Source: Candidatus Dadabacteria bacterium
GTDB lineage: Bacteria; Desulfobacterota_D; UBA1144; Nemesobacterales; Nemesobacteraceae
Assembly: GCA_951812735.1 (NCBI GenBank)
Contig: OX638332.1
Coordinates: forward strand, 18,508-82,507
DNA length: 64,000 bases
Direction: 5' to 3'
Positions within the stretch are counted from its first letter, which is position 1; every line of letters begins with the position of its first letter. The translations under genes and the position numbers were made by a program. The notes beneath the pieces are model-generated. The model ran no database searches, was not told the origin of the DNA, and worked only from the letters and a program-made list of their open reading frames with translations. This document shows positions 46,015-56,032 of the stretch, one piece after another.

Positions 46015-46062
46015 GCTTCTCGTACCAGTTGAACTCCAAAGTGCAACACTGACAAAATATAC

Positions 46063-46090
46063 TTGCAAAATGTACTTTGCTTGGTACAAT
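46063..46090 (+). promoter_or_regulatory. Putative promoter for the toxin-antitoxin pair. -35 TTGCAA, 16-nt spacer, -10 TACAAT. The transcript would be leaderless. A TGTAC...GTACA inverted repeat suggests an operator.
   Basis: The -10 ends 5 nt before the toxin ATG (46096). Confidence 0.4.
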
Positions 46091-46095
46091 GTCAA

Positions 46096-46446
46096 ATGAC
46101 AGAAAAGAAACGACTTCCGGCAAGATTCTTTGAGTCTAACAGGGGTAGGGTGCCTGTTCGTGAATGGCTTTTGTCTCTGAGTTCCGAAGACCGCAAGGTA
46201 ATCGGTGACGATATACGCACAGCCGAGTTTGGGTGGCCGATAGGAATGCCGCTATGCCGTTCAATAAAAAGCCGCAAGGGGTTATGGGAAATCAGAACGA
46301 ATTTGCCGGGTAGTCGCATTGCTCGTGTGTTGTTCTGTATACATGATGGGGCAATGGTGCTTTTGCATGGATTCATTAAGAAAACGCAGAAAACACCTGC
46401 TGAAGAGCTTGATCTTGCGCAGAGGAGAATGAGTGGTTTGAAATGA
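46096..46446 (+). CDS. Type II toxin, Gp49-like (DUF891, HigB/RelE superfamily).
   Basis: ...VLFCIHDGAMVLLHGFIKKTQKTPAEELDLAQRR... is the Gp49/HigB-like signature. Overlaps the antitoxin by 4 bp. Confidence 0.75.
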   Translation: MTEKKRLPARFFESNRGRVPVREWLLSLSSEDRKVIGDDIRTAEFGWPIGMPLCRSIKSRKGLWEIRTNLPGSRIARVLFCIHDGAMVLLHGFIKKTQKTPAEELDLAQRRMSGLK

Positions 46447-46736
46447 CTGAAGAAATTGAAAAAGGAAAAGTTGGTGCTCTGTTTGAGGATTTTCTTAAAG
46501 AGCAAGGAACCTATGAAGAGACGACCGAACAGGCGGTCAAACGAGTTCTGGCATTCCAGATTGCCCAAGTTATGAAGGAACAGAAAATCACGAAGATGGA
46601 AATGGCCAGACGACTTAAGACAAGTCGCTCGCAACTCGACCGGCTTCTCGACCCGGAGAATGATAGAGTGACTCTAGGTGTTCTGTCACGAGCAGCACGG
46701 GTTTTAGGACGTTCCTTGAAGCTTGAATTGCGGTAA
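46443..46736 (+). CDS. HTH (XRE-family) antitoxin, HigA-like.
   Basis: HTH segment ITKMEMARRLKTSRSQLDRLL. Coupled to the upstream toxin. Confidence 0.75.
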   Translation: MTEEIEKGKVGALFEDFLKEQGTYEETTEQAVKRVLAFQIAQVMKEQKITKMEMARRLKTSRSQLDRLLDPENDRVTLGVLSRAARVLGRSLKLELR

Positions 46737-46906
46737 GAATAAGTCATCGGGTTTACCGCTTTTTCCTCGAATTGCTTGGGAAGACCCTTTGTTTCCCCTT
46801 CTTTTTACGGTTGGATATAATTTATCTGAGGAGTTCCGTCCCTTAGAGTTTTTAGTCATGGGTTGAGAATCGGCCTTTCTTGAAATCTCCGGCATTTCTT
46901 TGCTAG

Positions 46907-49894
46907 ATGAAGCTAATTTATCACGCCAAAGAACTCACTTTCAAAAATCTTTTCAAAAAATACGGGCTTGACCCAAGCAATGAGACGACCCTTTTTCTTC
47001 TTCCCGGGGTATCGGTTGTACAGGAAATAGAAGATTGCTACTCTGGCGGAGGGGTGTGGGGGAAAAACCTGCTCACGTTCAACGAACTTTCGGATTTTGT
47101 AAACGAGGCCTCCCCAAACCTGAAAAAGAAAAGGATATCAAGGACCCAGACATTATCGGTAACCAGAAAAGCGGCGGAGTTGGTCTCTGGAGACCTTGAG
47201 GTCTTCGGAAAATTCTCGCAGAACCGGGATTTTCTAGACGCCGTAGCTTCCATTGTTTCGAAACTTAAGCAAAGCAAAATTCCCGTGGAGGAACTTGCCG
47301 GGTCCGCCAAGAGAATCAAGGCGCGCGGCCTTCGCAAGAAACTCTCGGATATAAGGCTTGTTTACGAAAAATACGAGGCGCTTATCACCGAGAGAGGTTT
47401 TCTTGATGATGCGGATTCCGTCCGTGTCGTTTCAGGGGAGCTGGAGAGGGAAGGGATTGCCCCGTTTTTCCCGTCTGCGAGAAAGCTCGTTATCTTCGGT
47501 TTCTCCGATTTTACTCTCTGCGAACTTGACGTGATAAAAAGCCTTTCCTCGGCGGTCTCCGAGACTTTCTTTTTCCTAAGCGATTTCGGCGGTCTGGATG
47601 AATACAGAGACTGCTTTCTGGGCCGACTTCGCGAAGCAGAGGTGGCCTATGAAGAAAATTTCGCAATGACAGACGAAGTTCCCGAAGCCAAGACGCAAAG
47701 CAAGTTCAGTGAGTTTCGAGACTCTCACGACGAAATTGAATATGCCTCAAGGACGATTAAGAAGCTCATCCTGAATGAGGAGCGGAAAGCCTCTGATTTT
47801 AAGGTTCTTGTGAGGTCGGCGCAGAAACGCGATCGATCCATGATTCATATATTCGAGAAAAACGGAGTTGCCGTTGACATGAGAAACTCAGGAACCTTGG
47901 CCGGGAGCGTATACGGGCGCCTTGCGGGTGATATTCTCCGCCTCAAGTCAGGCAATTTTCACAGAAACGACCTGATCGGGCTTCTTCACAACCCGCTTTT
48001 TACTCTCTACCTGGGAGAGTCCGAATCCTCGCACCGTTGCGTTAACATGATAAAGGAGATTTCCTCCGCGGACCTGAAATACAGAACCGTAAGCGGCATT
48101 CCGGGTTGGAAGAGGATTCTTGAACACATAGTGGAGCGGGACGCCCGGCTCTCCGCGGTCGCCCATAATATAGGCTTGGCGCTTGATTCGGTATCGTCAA
48201 AGTTCGGCAGAAGAAGTTTCGCCGAGATGACCTCTGATCTCAGGAAGATTTCTTCAGAACTCAGAGTTTCCGAGAACTCGGCGCTGCTTATGGAGAGAAA
48301 TCAGACCACCAGGGAGTGTTTCGATGAGTTTTTCTCTTTTCTGAGGGAGCTTTCCTTTTCTTACGGAGAGTTTGATTTCCGGGTTTCAGGCCCCGGGGAG
48401 TATCTTTTTCTTCTGGATGAGTTCATGGGAGAGAGGACGGTTCCCTATAAAACTCCCTGCGACGGCGATTCGGAAAGGGTGAGCGTTACCGATTTCTCCT
48501 CGGCCCGCGGGATAAACCCGAAGTTTCTTTTCCTGATAGGTCTTTCGGACACTTCTTTTCCTTCCGCTCTTCCCGTGGACCCCGTGCTCAAACCCAGGGA
48601 GAAGGCGGAAATAAACCGGGTGCTAAAAAAAAGGGTGTTTGACGAGGAGGGTCTTCATTACGAGAAGGAAAAACATCTTTTCTCTACCCTTAGTGCCGCG
48701 GCTTCCGAGAAAGTATTTTTTTCCTGCTTCCGCTACGACCAGAAATCAAAGGATGTGAACCGCTCAGACTTTCTTGGGGAAATGGGGGTTTCTGCTGTGA
48801 AGAGGAGTTCCGGGGACTTTCCGGAACCGGGGGAGGTTTTTTCAGGGGAAGATGCTCTTTTTCACTGCCTTTCACCCTCGGGGGCAGCGTACGGCGATCC
48901 GAAGATTGCCGAGGTCCTGAAGCGGCAATATGGTTCCGATATAGTCGCTCATCTCTCCGGCGGCATTTCCGCTGAAAGGCGGAGGCTCGCGCTCGCAGGG
49001 GCCTATACGGGCTTTGAGGGAGTTCTCCTCAGCGCCCCTCCGAAACGGGACGCCTTCTCGCCCACAGAGCTTGAGGACTATGGGACATGTCCGTTTATGT
49101 ATTTTTCCAAGAGAGTGCTCGGGCTCAGGACGCTTGGGGATATCGATGAGCAAAGGGCTTCCCAGCTTGACCTGGGTTCGCTCGCTCACAATATGCTGAA
49201 AGAGCTAATGGAAACTGTTTTTGCCGGGGGCTCCGGTTCTGTTGGGACCAGCCGACTTCTTGACGCTTATGAGGAAGTAAAAGAGAAATACGAAGCCAGG
49301 TCCGGCGCTTTTTCCCATCTTCCGAAAAGCGTTGCGGAAATTGAGAAGAAGAGGTTTTTTGACCGCGTCCTGCCGAATTTTATCATGGACGAGGTTTTAA
49401 GGATCGAAAAGGATGAACATGCTCCCCGGTTTTTTGAGAAAGAAGTGGAGTTTCGCATGGCCGACGCGGTAATAAGAGGGAAGGTAGACAGGGTCGACGT
49501 TCACAAGCGCAACGTCGCGGTTATTGATTACAAGATCGGAAGGGTGAAGGACAGAAAATACTCTGATTTTAAAAATCTGCAGCTCCCGCTTTACCTGAGA
49601 GCCCTGTGCGAGGAGGGGTTTGTTCCCTCCTGGGGCCGTTATCTTTCAATCAGCAGGCCCGCGGACAACAGCTCTTTGCCCGAGGACTCCTCTTTTGATG
49701 AAGCGGTTTTGCTCAGCCACTACTACATAAAGGGCATAAGAAATGGTTTTTTCCCTCCCTACGTGGGGAAAAAGGAGCCGGACCAGGAAGAACATGCTCT
49801 CTACATGTCAAAGGGCCGTCCCTGTTCCTACTGCGATTACAGGGATCTTTGCAGGGTTAAAGACGGGGTGACCAGAAAGACCGGTCGCCTGTAA
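46907..49894 (+). CDS. addB: Helicase-nuclease complex subunit AddB (RexB-like), with a C-terminal PD-(D/E)XK nuclease and Fe-S cysteines.
   Basis: C-terminus: ...DRVDVHKRNVAVIDYKIGR... CPFMYF...CSYCDYRDLC. 995 aa. Followed directly by addA. Confidence 0.75.
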   Translation: MKLIYHAKELTFKNLFKKYGLDPSNETTLFLLPGVSVVQEIEDCYSGGGVWGKNLLTFNELSDFVNEASPNLKKKRISRTQTLSVTRKAAELVSGDLEVFGKFSQNRDFLDAVASIVSKLKQSKIPVEELAGSAKRIKARGLRKKLSDIRLVYEKYEALITERGFLDDADSVRVVSGELEREGIAPFFPSARKLVIFGFSDFTLCELDVIKSLSSAVSETFFFLSDFGGLDEYRDCFLGRLREAEVAYEENFAMTDEVPEAKTQSKFSEFRDSHDEIEYASRTIKKLILNEERKASDFKVLVRSAQKRDRSMIHIFEKNGVAVDMRNSGTLAGSVYGRLAGDILRLKSGNFHRNDLIGLLHNPLFTLYLGESESSHRCVNMIKEISSADLKYRTVSGIPGWKRILEHIVERDARLSAVAHNIGLALDSVSSKFGRRSFAEMTSDLRKISSELRVSENSALLMERNQTTRECFDEFFSFLRELSFSYGEFDFRVSGPGEYLFLLDEFMGERTVPYKTPCDGDSERVSVTDFSSARGINPKFLFLIGLSDTSFPSALPVDPVLKPREKAEINRVLKKRVFDEEGLHYEKEKHLFSTLSAAASEKVFFSCFRYDQKSKDVNRSDFLGEMGVSAVKRSSGDFPEPGEVFSGEDALFHCLSPSGAAYGDPKIAEVLKRQYGSDIVAHLSGGISAERRRLALAGAYTGFEGVLLSAPPKRDAFSPTELEDYGTCPFMYFSKRVLGLRTLGDIDEQRASQLDLGSLAHNMLKELMETVFAGGSGSVGTSRLLDAYEEVKEKYEARSGAFSHLPKSVAEIEKKRFFDRVLPNFIMDEVLRIEKDEHAPRFFEKEVEFRMADAVIRGKVDRVDVHKRNVAVIDYKIGRVKDRKYSDFKNLQLPLYLRALCEEGFVPSWGRYLSISRPADNSSLPEDSSFDEAVLLSHYYIKGIRNGFFPPYVGKKEPDQEEHALYMSKGRPCSYCDYRDLCRVKDGVTRKTGRL

Positions 49895-49903
49895 GAAGAG
49901 ACT

Positions 49904-52900
49904 ATGGACAGGATTTCCAAATTTCTGGAGCTAAACGAAGAGCAGTCCCGGATACTGCCCTCCACGGGCAAAGTCGCCGTCAGGGCGGGAGCGGGGTCGG
50001 GAAAGACCAGGGCCATAATAGCCAGGTATCTTCGTATTCTCGAGGCCGACGAAGCGGATATTCCCCAGATCGTGGCCGTTACCTTTACGGAAGCCTCCGC
50101 GACGGAACTCAAATCCAGAATAAGCTCTGAAATCACAAAATATATCTCCACCTACGGACCTGAGGGAAACATAGCCGAGGGGTGGCGCAGGAAGTTCTTT
50201 TCCGCCCCCATAGGAACTATTCACGGCTTCTGTACGAAAATACTTAAAGAGAACATCTTCGATTCCAAGCTCCCATTCAGTTTTTCCGTGATTGAAGATT
50301 CGGAGCAGCCGGCCTTTTACGAACGCAATATCGGGAAATTTCTTCGGACGAGAATGGAAGAGGGCGATCCCCGCCTCGGGAGGCTGTTTGAGATGGAATC
50401 TTATGATTACGCAGAGATCGTAAAGATAATAGGAATGATACTGAAAGAAGCGGCAAAACTGCACTTGGTTCCACCTTTTCTCCATTACGGAGGCAATACG
50501 CGCCGCGAGGAACCTTCCGTCGATGAGCTTGAATCAATCGGCGGGGAGCTTCGTCGGTTGATCGGGGAGCATGTCTCCACCCTTTCCGCCAGGTCTAGGA
50601 AGAAAAAACTCATCCTTAGCGATCTCGGCGCAAAAATAGACATGACCCTGGGCATTGACCGCAACGTCCGCCACCTGCAGGCCGTTTACGAACAGATAAG
50701 AAGGGAGAGCCAAACGCCCGAAGTCGAGACATCGAGGCAGGCGCTTCTAAGGCAGTTGTTTTCTGTAGTGGAGCTTTATGATTCTAAGATCAATTCTCTT
50801 TACCTTGATTTATCGGGCGAAGCGTATGATTTCCTCGTGGAGACGAAAATCTCCGAGGAGAAAATAGAGTATGAGGACATGATACGTTTCACAATCGATC
50901 TTCTCACGGAAAATCCAGAGATACTGGCGTATTACAGAAGTTTCTTAAAGTTTATTATAGTTGATGAGTTCCAGGATACCGACTCTCTTCAGCTGGCACT
51001 TCTGGGACTTCTGACGGAAGGAGACCCGGCCGGCAATCTTATCGTGGTGGGCGATGTCAACCAGTCAGTTTACGGTTTCAGGGGCGCTCAGCCCGAGATG
51101 TTCGGGGACATACTTGAAGATGAGGATTTCGAGAAGATATCCTTTGCGACCAATTACCGCTCCCGCAGGAGCCTGATAGAGTTTTTCAATATCTTTTTCG
51201 CCGGGACCTTCTCCAAGGAATATTACGAGACGATGCAGGCACACTCTTCCGATCCCGCCCCCGGTACTTCCGTGGGAATCATCGCTTGCGAAGGTGAAAA
51301 CGCCAAGGAGTCTGCCGAAGCGGAGGCAAGGGCCGTGGCCTCGAGGATAAAGGAACTCCAGAGGAATTCCCGAGGAGAGATCGCCCTTCTGTTCAGACGG
51401 TCTTCAAACGTGGTCATATACGAGAATATCCTGACGGAGGAGGGAATAAGATTTCAGTCTCTTATAGGACGCGATTTCTACGACCTTCCCGAAGTGAGGG
51501 ACGTTATGTCCATGCTCAGGTATTTTCTCGACCCCCTTGACGTCATCGCGGAGGCGGCGGTGCTGAGGTCTCCCTACTTCGGGGCTTCTGATGACGAGCT
51601 TTTCTTCCATTTCCGCGGCGATAATGAAGACAAAAACGCCGCAAGAGCCCGGGAATACCTGCGGTTTCTCGGGGAGAAAAGAAAGGAATGCATCAACGGA
51701 GATGCTTTCGGGGCGGTTGATCTCGCTGTAAACGGACTTGGTTACTCCTCCGCGGCGCGGGCGCTTCCCGGCGGTGAAATAAAGCGTCTCAACCTGAAGA
51801 AACTTCTTCTTATGGCAGAAGACCTTGTTTCGGGGCAAGGATACGGGCTTTACCAGGTAGTGGAGCATTTTGATTCGCTGCGCGGTTCGCAGGAAGAACG
51901 GGCGTTTGAGGAAGTAGACGACGGCGGGACCGTGAAACTCATGACGGTGCATAAGGCCAAAGGGCTTGAGTTTGACACGGTTTTTCTCTGCCACACGAAC
52001 TACCAGAGGGTAGTTACGTCCGATAGGGTTATGGCGGATACTGAAGGAGGAGGATTCATAGTCAGGTACCCGGCGTTCTCTTCGGACAACTGGCAGCATC
52101 TTAAATCCCGCGCTGAAGCAAAAGAAGCCGAAGAGGAGAAAAGAGCCCTCTATGTGGCCATGACACGGGCCAAGAAAGAACTTTTCATATGCTTAAGCGG
52201 CAGCAGGGTGGCCAGGAAAAAGCAGATACAGGTGCGAAGGGGCAGCTTCGCGGAACTTGCCGATTCAAGGCTGTCTTTGTCTTCACGATGTCTTGAGATG
52301 CCCCAGGGATTTACCGACGAACCCTGGGGAATTTCCTTCCCGGGGCTCTATGAGGACGAAGCTTCAAAGGAATCTGCCTCTATTTCAGATGCCCCTTCTT
52401 TGGAACCGGAAATTCCTTTGGACCTTAAGTACGTGGAACCCATATACGGCAAGGAGGATGTGCCGAAACGGGCGGAAGCATCTTCGCTCCCGGACCTGTT
52501 TTCACCGACCGACCGCCTAAAGGATCCGGAGAGGGCGGGAAGCATAATGCACAGGTTCCTTGAGATCTGGGATTTCAGGGAGGAAACCGTCGAGAAAGAA
52601 ATTGAATTCGTCCTGGGGGAATTCCTCGTCTCAAACCCGAACATGAAGGATCTGCTGCGTGAGCTTTCCTCGAATTTTCTTTCTTCCGAGCTTCTTCCCC
52701 TTATTCGTGCGGCCAGAGAAGTCAGAAGGGAGCTCAAATTTGTCTTTCACCCCGGAGAGGGCGCTTCAAAAAGGGGCAGGATAGATCTTCTGACCGAAGA
52801 GGAAGGGGGAATGCGTCTTTTTGACTACAAGTACAGAAAATCGATGAATGACGACGTCCGTGAGGCTTACGAAGAGCAAATGGACGGTTACTGCGATGCC

Positions 52901-52978
52901 ATATGCTCAAGGTTCGAAAAGCCGCTGCTCTCGCGCCACATAGTCCTTATCCCGCAGGTTGAGCTTGTCTCCATATAA
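49904..52978 (+). CDS. addA: ATP-dependent helicase/nuclease subunit AddA (UvrD-family helicase plus C-terminal nuclease).
   Basis: GAGSGKT Walker A. VAVTFTEASATELKSRI (helicase motif). C-terminus GRIDLLTEEEGGMRLFDYKYRK (nuclease). Confidence 0.8.
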   Translation: MDRISKFLELNEEQSRILPSTGKVAVRAGAGSGKTRAIIARYLRILEADEADIPQIVAVTFTEASATELKSRISSEITKYISTYGPEGNIAEGWRRKFFSAPIGTIHGFCTKILKENIFDSKLPFSFSVIEDSEQPAFYERNIGKFLRTRMEEGDPRLGRLFEMESYDYAEIVKIIGMILKEAAKLHLVPPFLHYGGNTRREEPSVDELESIGGELRRLIGEHVSTLSARSRKKKLILSDLGAKIDMTLGIDRNVRHLQAVYEQIRRESQTPEVETSRQALLRQLFSVVELYDSKINSLYLDLSGEAYDFLVETKISEEKIEYEDMIRFTIDLLTENPEILAYYRSFLKFIIVDEFQDTDSLQLALLGLLTEGDPAGNLIVVGDVNQSVYGFRGAQPEMFGDILEDEDFEKISFATNYRSRRSLIEFFNIFFAGTFSKEYYETMQAHSSDPAPGTSVGIIACEGENAKESAEAEARAVASRIKELQRNSRGEIALLFRRSSNVVIYENILTEEGIRFQSLIGRDFYDLPEVRDVMSMLRYFLDPLDVIAEAAVLRSPYFGASDDELFFHFRGDNEDKNAARAREYLRFLGEKRKECINGDAFGAVDLAVNGLGYSSAARALPGGEIKRLNLKKLLLMAEDLVSGQGYGLYQVVEHFDSLRGSQEERAFEEVDDGGTVKLMTVHKAKGLEFDTVFLCHTNYQRVVTSDRVMADTEGGGFIVRYPAFSSDNWQHLKSRAEAKEAEEEKRALYVAMTRAKKELFICLSGSRVARKKQIQVRRGSFAELADSRLSLSSRCLEMPQGFTDEPWGISFPGLYEDEASKESASISDAPSLEPEIPLDLKYVEPIYGKEDVPKRAEASSLPDLFSPTDRLKDPERAGSIMHRFLEIWDFREETVEKEIEFVLGEFLVSNPNMKDLLRELSSNFLSSELLPLIRAAREVRRELKFVFHPGEGASKRGRIDLLTEEEGGMRLFDYKYRKSMNDDVREAYEEQMDGYCDAICSRFEKPLLSRHIVLIPQVELVSI

Positions 52979-52984
52979 AATTCC

Positions 52985-53677
52985 ATGAAAAAAACGGTCG
53001 TGATAATTCCGGTGCTTAACGAAGAGCGCTCCATAGGACAGGTAATCTCGGATATTCCCCGGGACCTCGTAACGGAGATAGTGGTTGTGAATAACGGCTC
53101 GACCGACTCCACCGCGCAGGTTGCTTCAGGCTGCGGAGCCACGGTCATAGACGAAGTTAGGAGGGGGTACGGGTGGGCATGCCTTGCGGGGATAGATTAC
53201 ATTAAGAACTCTTCCTATATGCCTGATATTATAGTATTTCTGGATGGAGACTATTCTGATTATCCGGGGGAAATGAAAACCCTTCTCTCCCCGATAACCA
53301 AGGGGGGATACGATCTCGTCATAGGATCAAGAACCATCGGTGAAAGACAGAAAGGAGCCCTTTTGCCCCAGGCCCTTGTGGGCAACTATGTGGCGACCAG
53401 GCTTATAAGACTGTTTTACGGAGTGAGCTTTACCGACCTTGGTCCCTTCAGGGCCATAAGATACGACAAGCTGCTTTCTCTTGGCATGAGAGACAAAACT
53501 TTCGGATGGACGGTCGAGATGCAGGTAAAGGCCGCAAAGAAAGGGCTTCGTTGCGCGGAGGTTCCGGTGAGTTACAGAAAAAGAATAGGAACTTCAAAAG
53601 TAACCGGAACAATCACGGGAAGCGTCATGGCCGGAGTGAAGATCATCTGGGTGATATTCAGGCAGCTTTTTTCGTAG
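52985..53677 (+). CDS. Family 2 glycosyltransferase (polyprenyl-phosphate sugar synthase, DPM1-like).
   Basis: VIIPVLNEE...DGD (DxD) ... 230 aa. Confidence 0.75.
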   Translation: MKKTVVIIPVLNEERSIGQVISDIPRDLVTEIVVVNNGSTDSTAQVASGCGATVIDEVRRGYGWACLAGIDYIKNSSYMPDIIVFLDGDYSDYPGEMKTLLSPITKGGYDLVIGSRTIGERQKGALLPQALVGNYVATRLIRLFYGVSFTDLGPFRAIRYDKLLSLGMRDKTFGWTVEMQVKAAKKGLRCAEVPVSYRKRIGTSKVTGTITGSVMAGVKIIWVIFRQLFS

Positions 53678-53691
53678 GGTTTTTTCGGGCG

Positions 53692-53765
53692 CGTCCCCGG
53701 CAGGATTCGAACCTGCGGCCTCAGGATTAGGAATCCTGCGCTCTATCCAACTGAGCTACGGGGAC
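53692..53765 (-). tRNA. tRNA-Arg (anticodon CCU). CCA is not encoded.
   Basis: The reverse complement GTCCCCGTAGCTCAGTTGGATAGAGCGCAGGATTCCTAATCCTGAGGCCGCAGGTTCGAATCCTGCCGGGGACG folds into a cloverleaf. Anticodon loop is TTCCTAA. Confidence 0.9.
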
Positions 53766-53804
53766 ACAGAAGGAAAAATGAGTCTACCCGCTTAAGTTTC
53801 CGCT

Positions 53805-54620
53805 TCAAGGGAAGACGGGGCCAAGCTCTATCTCGAAAACCTCGGACCAGCGTTTTCCGGTGATAAAGAAGGTGTCGGAAGCAGATTTCCAGGCAATACC
53901 GTTTAACACTTCCGCTTTTTCGGGAAGGCTCAGTCTTTTTCTTAATTCCCCGAGGCTTATACGTCTTTCCACCACACCGCTCTCCGGGTTTACGACCACG
54001 ATATCGTCTGAATGCCATATGTTGCAGTAGATTTTTCCCCCTGCGTATTCAAGTTCGTTAAGCCCCCTGACCGGGGATCCTCCCTCTTTTACGCTTAAGA
54101 CTTTTGCTACCCTGAAGCTCCTGGGGGAGAGAAAATACAGTTTTTCGGTTCCATCGCTCATTATGAGGTTAGTTCCGTCGTCGGTAAGCCCCCAGCCCTC
54201 TTTGGAGTAGGTAAACGATCCCTTGCGCCCCAGGTTTTCCTTGTCGTATATGAAACCCTGTCTGGATTTCCAGGTGAGCTGGTATATGCTGTCGCCCAGT
54301 ATGGTAAGGCCTTCGCCGAAGAACTCTCGGGAGAGGCTTGTCTTAGCAATCACCTCTCCCGTGGCCGGGTTGGTTTTTCTAAGAGATGACTTTCCGTAAA
54401 GGCCAGTACTTTCATAAAGAAAACCGTCTCTGTAGACAAACCCCTGAGTGAAGGCGGTCGGGTCGTGCGGAAAAGAGTTAAGCACCTTAAAGGTGATCTG
54501 GTCGGGAGGATTCTCCTTGGTTTCCGTCGTGGAACCTGCGGAGAAGATAAGGAGAAAGAGGCAGATAAAACCTGCTATACCCGGAAGGGTATCTATTCTT
54601 TTATGGTACTGCTTCCGCAT
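53805..54620 (-). CDS. Glutaminyl-peptide cyclotransferase (bacterial/plant beta-propeller type). The start is probably Met29 of the ORF-track ORF.
   Basis: ...FTQGFVYRDGFLYESTGLYGKSSL... is the glutamine cyclotransferase signature. N-terminal TM/signal segment. Confidence 0.75.
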   Translation of the reverse strand: MRKQYHKRIDTLPGIAGFICLFLLIFSAGSTTETKENPPDQITFKVLNSFPHDPTAFTQGFVYRDGFLYESTGLYGKSSLRKTNPATGEVIAKTSLSREFFGEGLTILGDSIYQLTWKSRQGFIYDKENLGRKGSFTYSKEGWGLTDDGTNLIMSDGTEKLYFLSPRSFRVAKVLSVKEGGSPVRGLNELEYAGGKIYCNIWHSDDIVVVNPESGVVERRISLGELRKRLSLPEKAEVLNGIAWKSASDTFFITGKRWSEVFEIELGPVFP

Positions 54621-54768
54621 GGGGCTGATTCTAAGGCATAAATACCTCTTTTTGAAACCCGATAACGCTTTAAATCTTTCGCAAATTAAAAAGGAAGGCG
54701 GCATTTCTTCATGAATCCGGTTAGATAAATAGTGCTCTTAAATTTATTTAACAGGAGGAAACACCGCC

Positions 54769-55980
54769 ATGAGAGATTATACAGCGAAGAGCCCCAAAAA
54801 GGTAATTCAGATTAACCACGAGGAGCTTAGGGATCATCTAAGCTCCATAGTCACCGATACGGTAGAGGAAGTATTGAACAAGGTTCTTGACTCTGAAGCA
54901 GATGAGATGGTTGGGGCAGCGCGGTACGAGCGAAATTCGGATCGCCAGGACTATCGTTGCGGAAGCTACACAAGAAAGCTCCAGACCAAAACGGGGGAAG
55001 TTGAGCTTAAGGTACCCAAGCTTCGGGAGCAGAGATTCCAGACCGCTATAATAGAGCGGTACAGGCGAAGGGAGTCATCGGTGGAAGAAGCTCTGGTGGA
55101 GATGTACCTTGCGGGGGTATCCACGCGGCGGGTGGCGGATATTACAGAAGCACTTTGGGACACGCGGGTGAGTTCGGCCACGGTATCGAAGCTCAACTGT
55201 AGCGTGTACGAGCACATAGAGAAGTGGAGAAACAGGCCCATAGAGGGAGAGTTTCCCTATGTTTATCTTGACGGGGTGAGTCTCAAGCGCAGCTGGGGAG
55301 GAGAAGTGGGCAACGTATCGGTTCTTATAGCCATAGGGGTGGGCAGAGATGGTTATCGCAGGGTTCTGGGGGTTGTGGAGGGGGCGAAAGAGGACAAGGC
55401 CGGGTGGAGCGGGTTTCTGCGTCATCTTAATCAGAGGGGGCTTTGCGGGGTGCGGATGTTCATAAGCGACGCGTGTTTGGGGTTGGTTGAGAGCATAGGG
55501 GATTTTTACCCGGAGGCGCTTTGGCAGCGGTGCGTGGTTCACTTCTACAGAAACGTGTTCAGTCACGTGCCTCGGGGGAGAGTCAGGGAGGTGAGTCTGA
55601 TGTTAAAGGCCATACATGCTTCAGAGAGCAAGGAGGTCGCGAGGGCAAAAGCAAGGGAAGTTATAAAGAAGCTGAAAGAGATGCGACTGGGCTCGGCGGC
55701 TAAGTGGGTAGAGGAGAATATTGAACAGACTCTTGGTTACTACGGGTTTCCGTCTTCTCACTGGCGCAGGACCCGAACGAACAATCCGATGGAGAGGATC
55801 ATAAAGGAGATAAGGAGAAGATCCCGGGTGGTGGGGGCTTTCCCTGACGGGCAGAGCGCGTTGATGTTGTGTGCGGCGAGGTTAAGGCATATATCGGGGA
55901 CCAAGTGGGGAAGCAGGAGGTATCTGGACATGGATTTGCTGAGGGAAATGTACAGCAAGGAGAAAATTGAGGTAGGGTAA
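54769..55980 (+). CDS. IS256-family (mutator-type) transposase, apparently intact.
   Basis: ...YVYLDGVSLKRSWGG...VLIAIGVGRDGYRRVLG...FISDACLGL...QRCVVHFYRN... DDE motif, 403 aa. Confidence 0.9.
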   Translation: MRDYTAKSPKKVIQINHEELRDHLSSIVTDTVEEVLNKVLDSEADEMVGAARYERNSDRQDYRCGSYTRKLQTKTGEVELKVPKLREQRFQTAIIERYRRRESSVEEALVEMYLAGVSTRRVADITEALWDTRVSSATVSKLNCSVYEHIEKWRNRPIEGEFPYVYLDGVSLKRSWGGEVGNVSVLIAIGVGRDGYRRVLGVVEGAKEDKAGWSGFLRHLNQRGLCGVRMFISDACLGLVESIGDFYPEALWQRCVVHFYRNVFSHVPRGRVREVSLMLKAIHASESKEVARAKAREVIKKLKEMRLGSAAKWVEENIEQTLGYYGFPSSHWRRTRTNNPMERIIKEIRRRSRVVGAFPDGQSALMLCAARLRHISGTKWGSRRYLDMDLLREMYSKEKIEVG

Positions 55981-55992
55981 TTGAACAACCGG

Positions 55993-56032
55993 AGTTCAGG
56001 AACAAAGACTCATGAGTCTTTGTTCCTGAAAC
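55993..56032. repeat. Perfect 40-bp palindrome (20+20, no loop) inside the IS right end, 13 bp after the transposase stop.
   Basis: AGTTCAGGAACAAAGACTCA/TGAGTCTTTGTTCCTGAACT. Confidence 0.7.

Noticed and set aside
46063-52978. Considered whether the toxin-antitoxin pair plus helicase-nuclease form a novel defence system.
   Set aside because: Motifs and gene order match canonical AddAB. The toxin-antitoxin pair is a self-contained module with its own promoter.
53506-53730. 74-aa ORF overlapping tRNA-Arg.
   Set aside because: It overlaps a well-folded tRNA gene and the 3' end of the family 2 glycosyltransferase. Arg/Gly-rich low-complexity translation.
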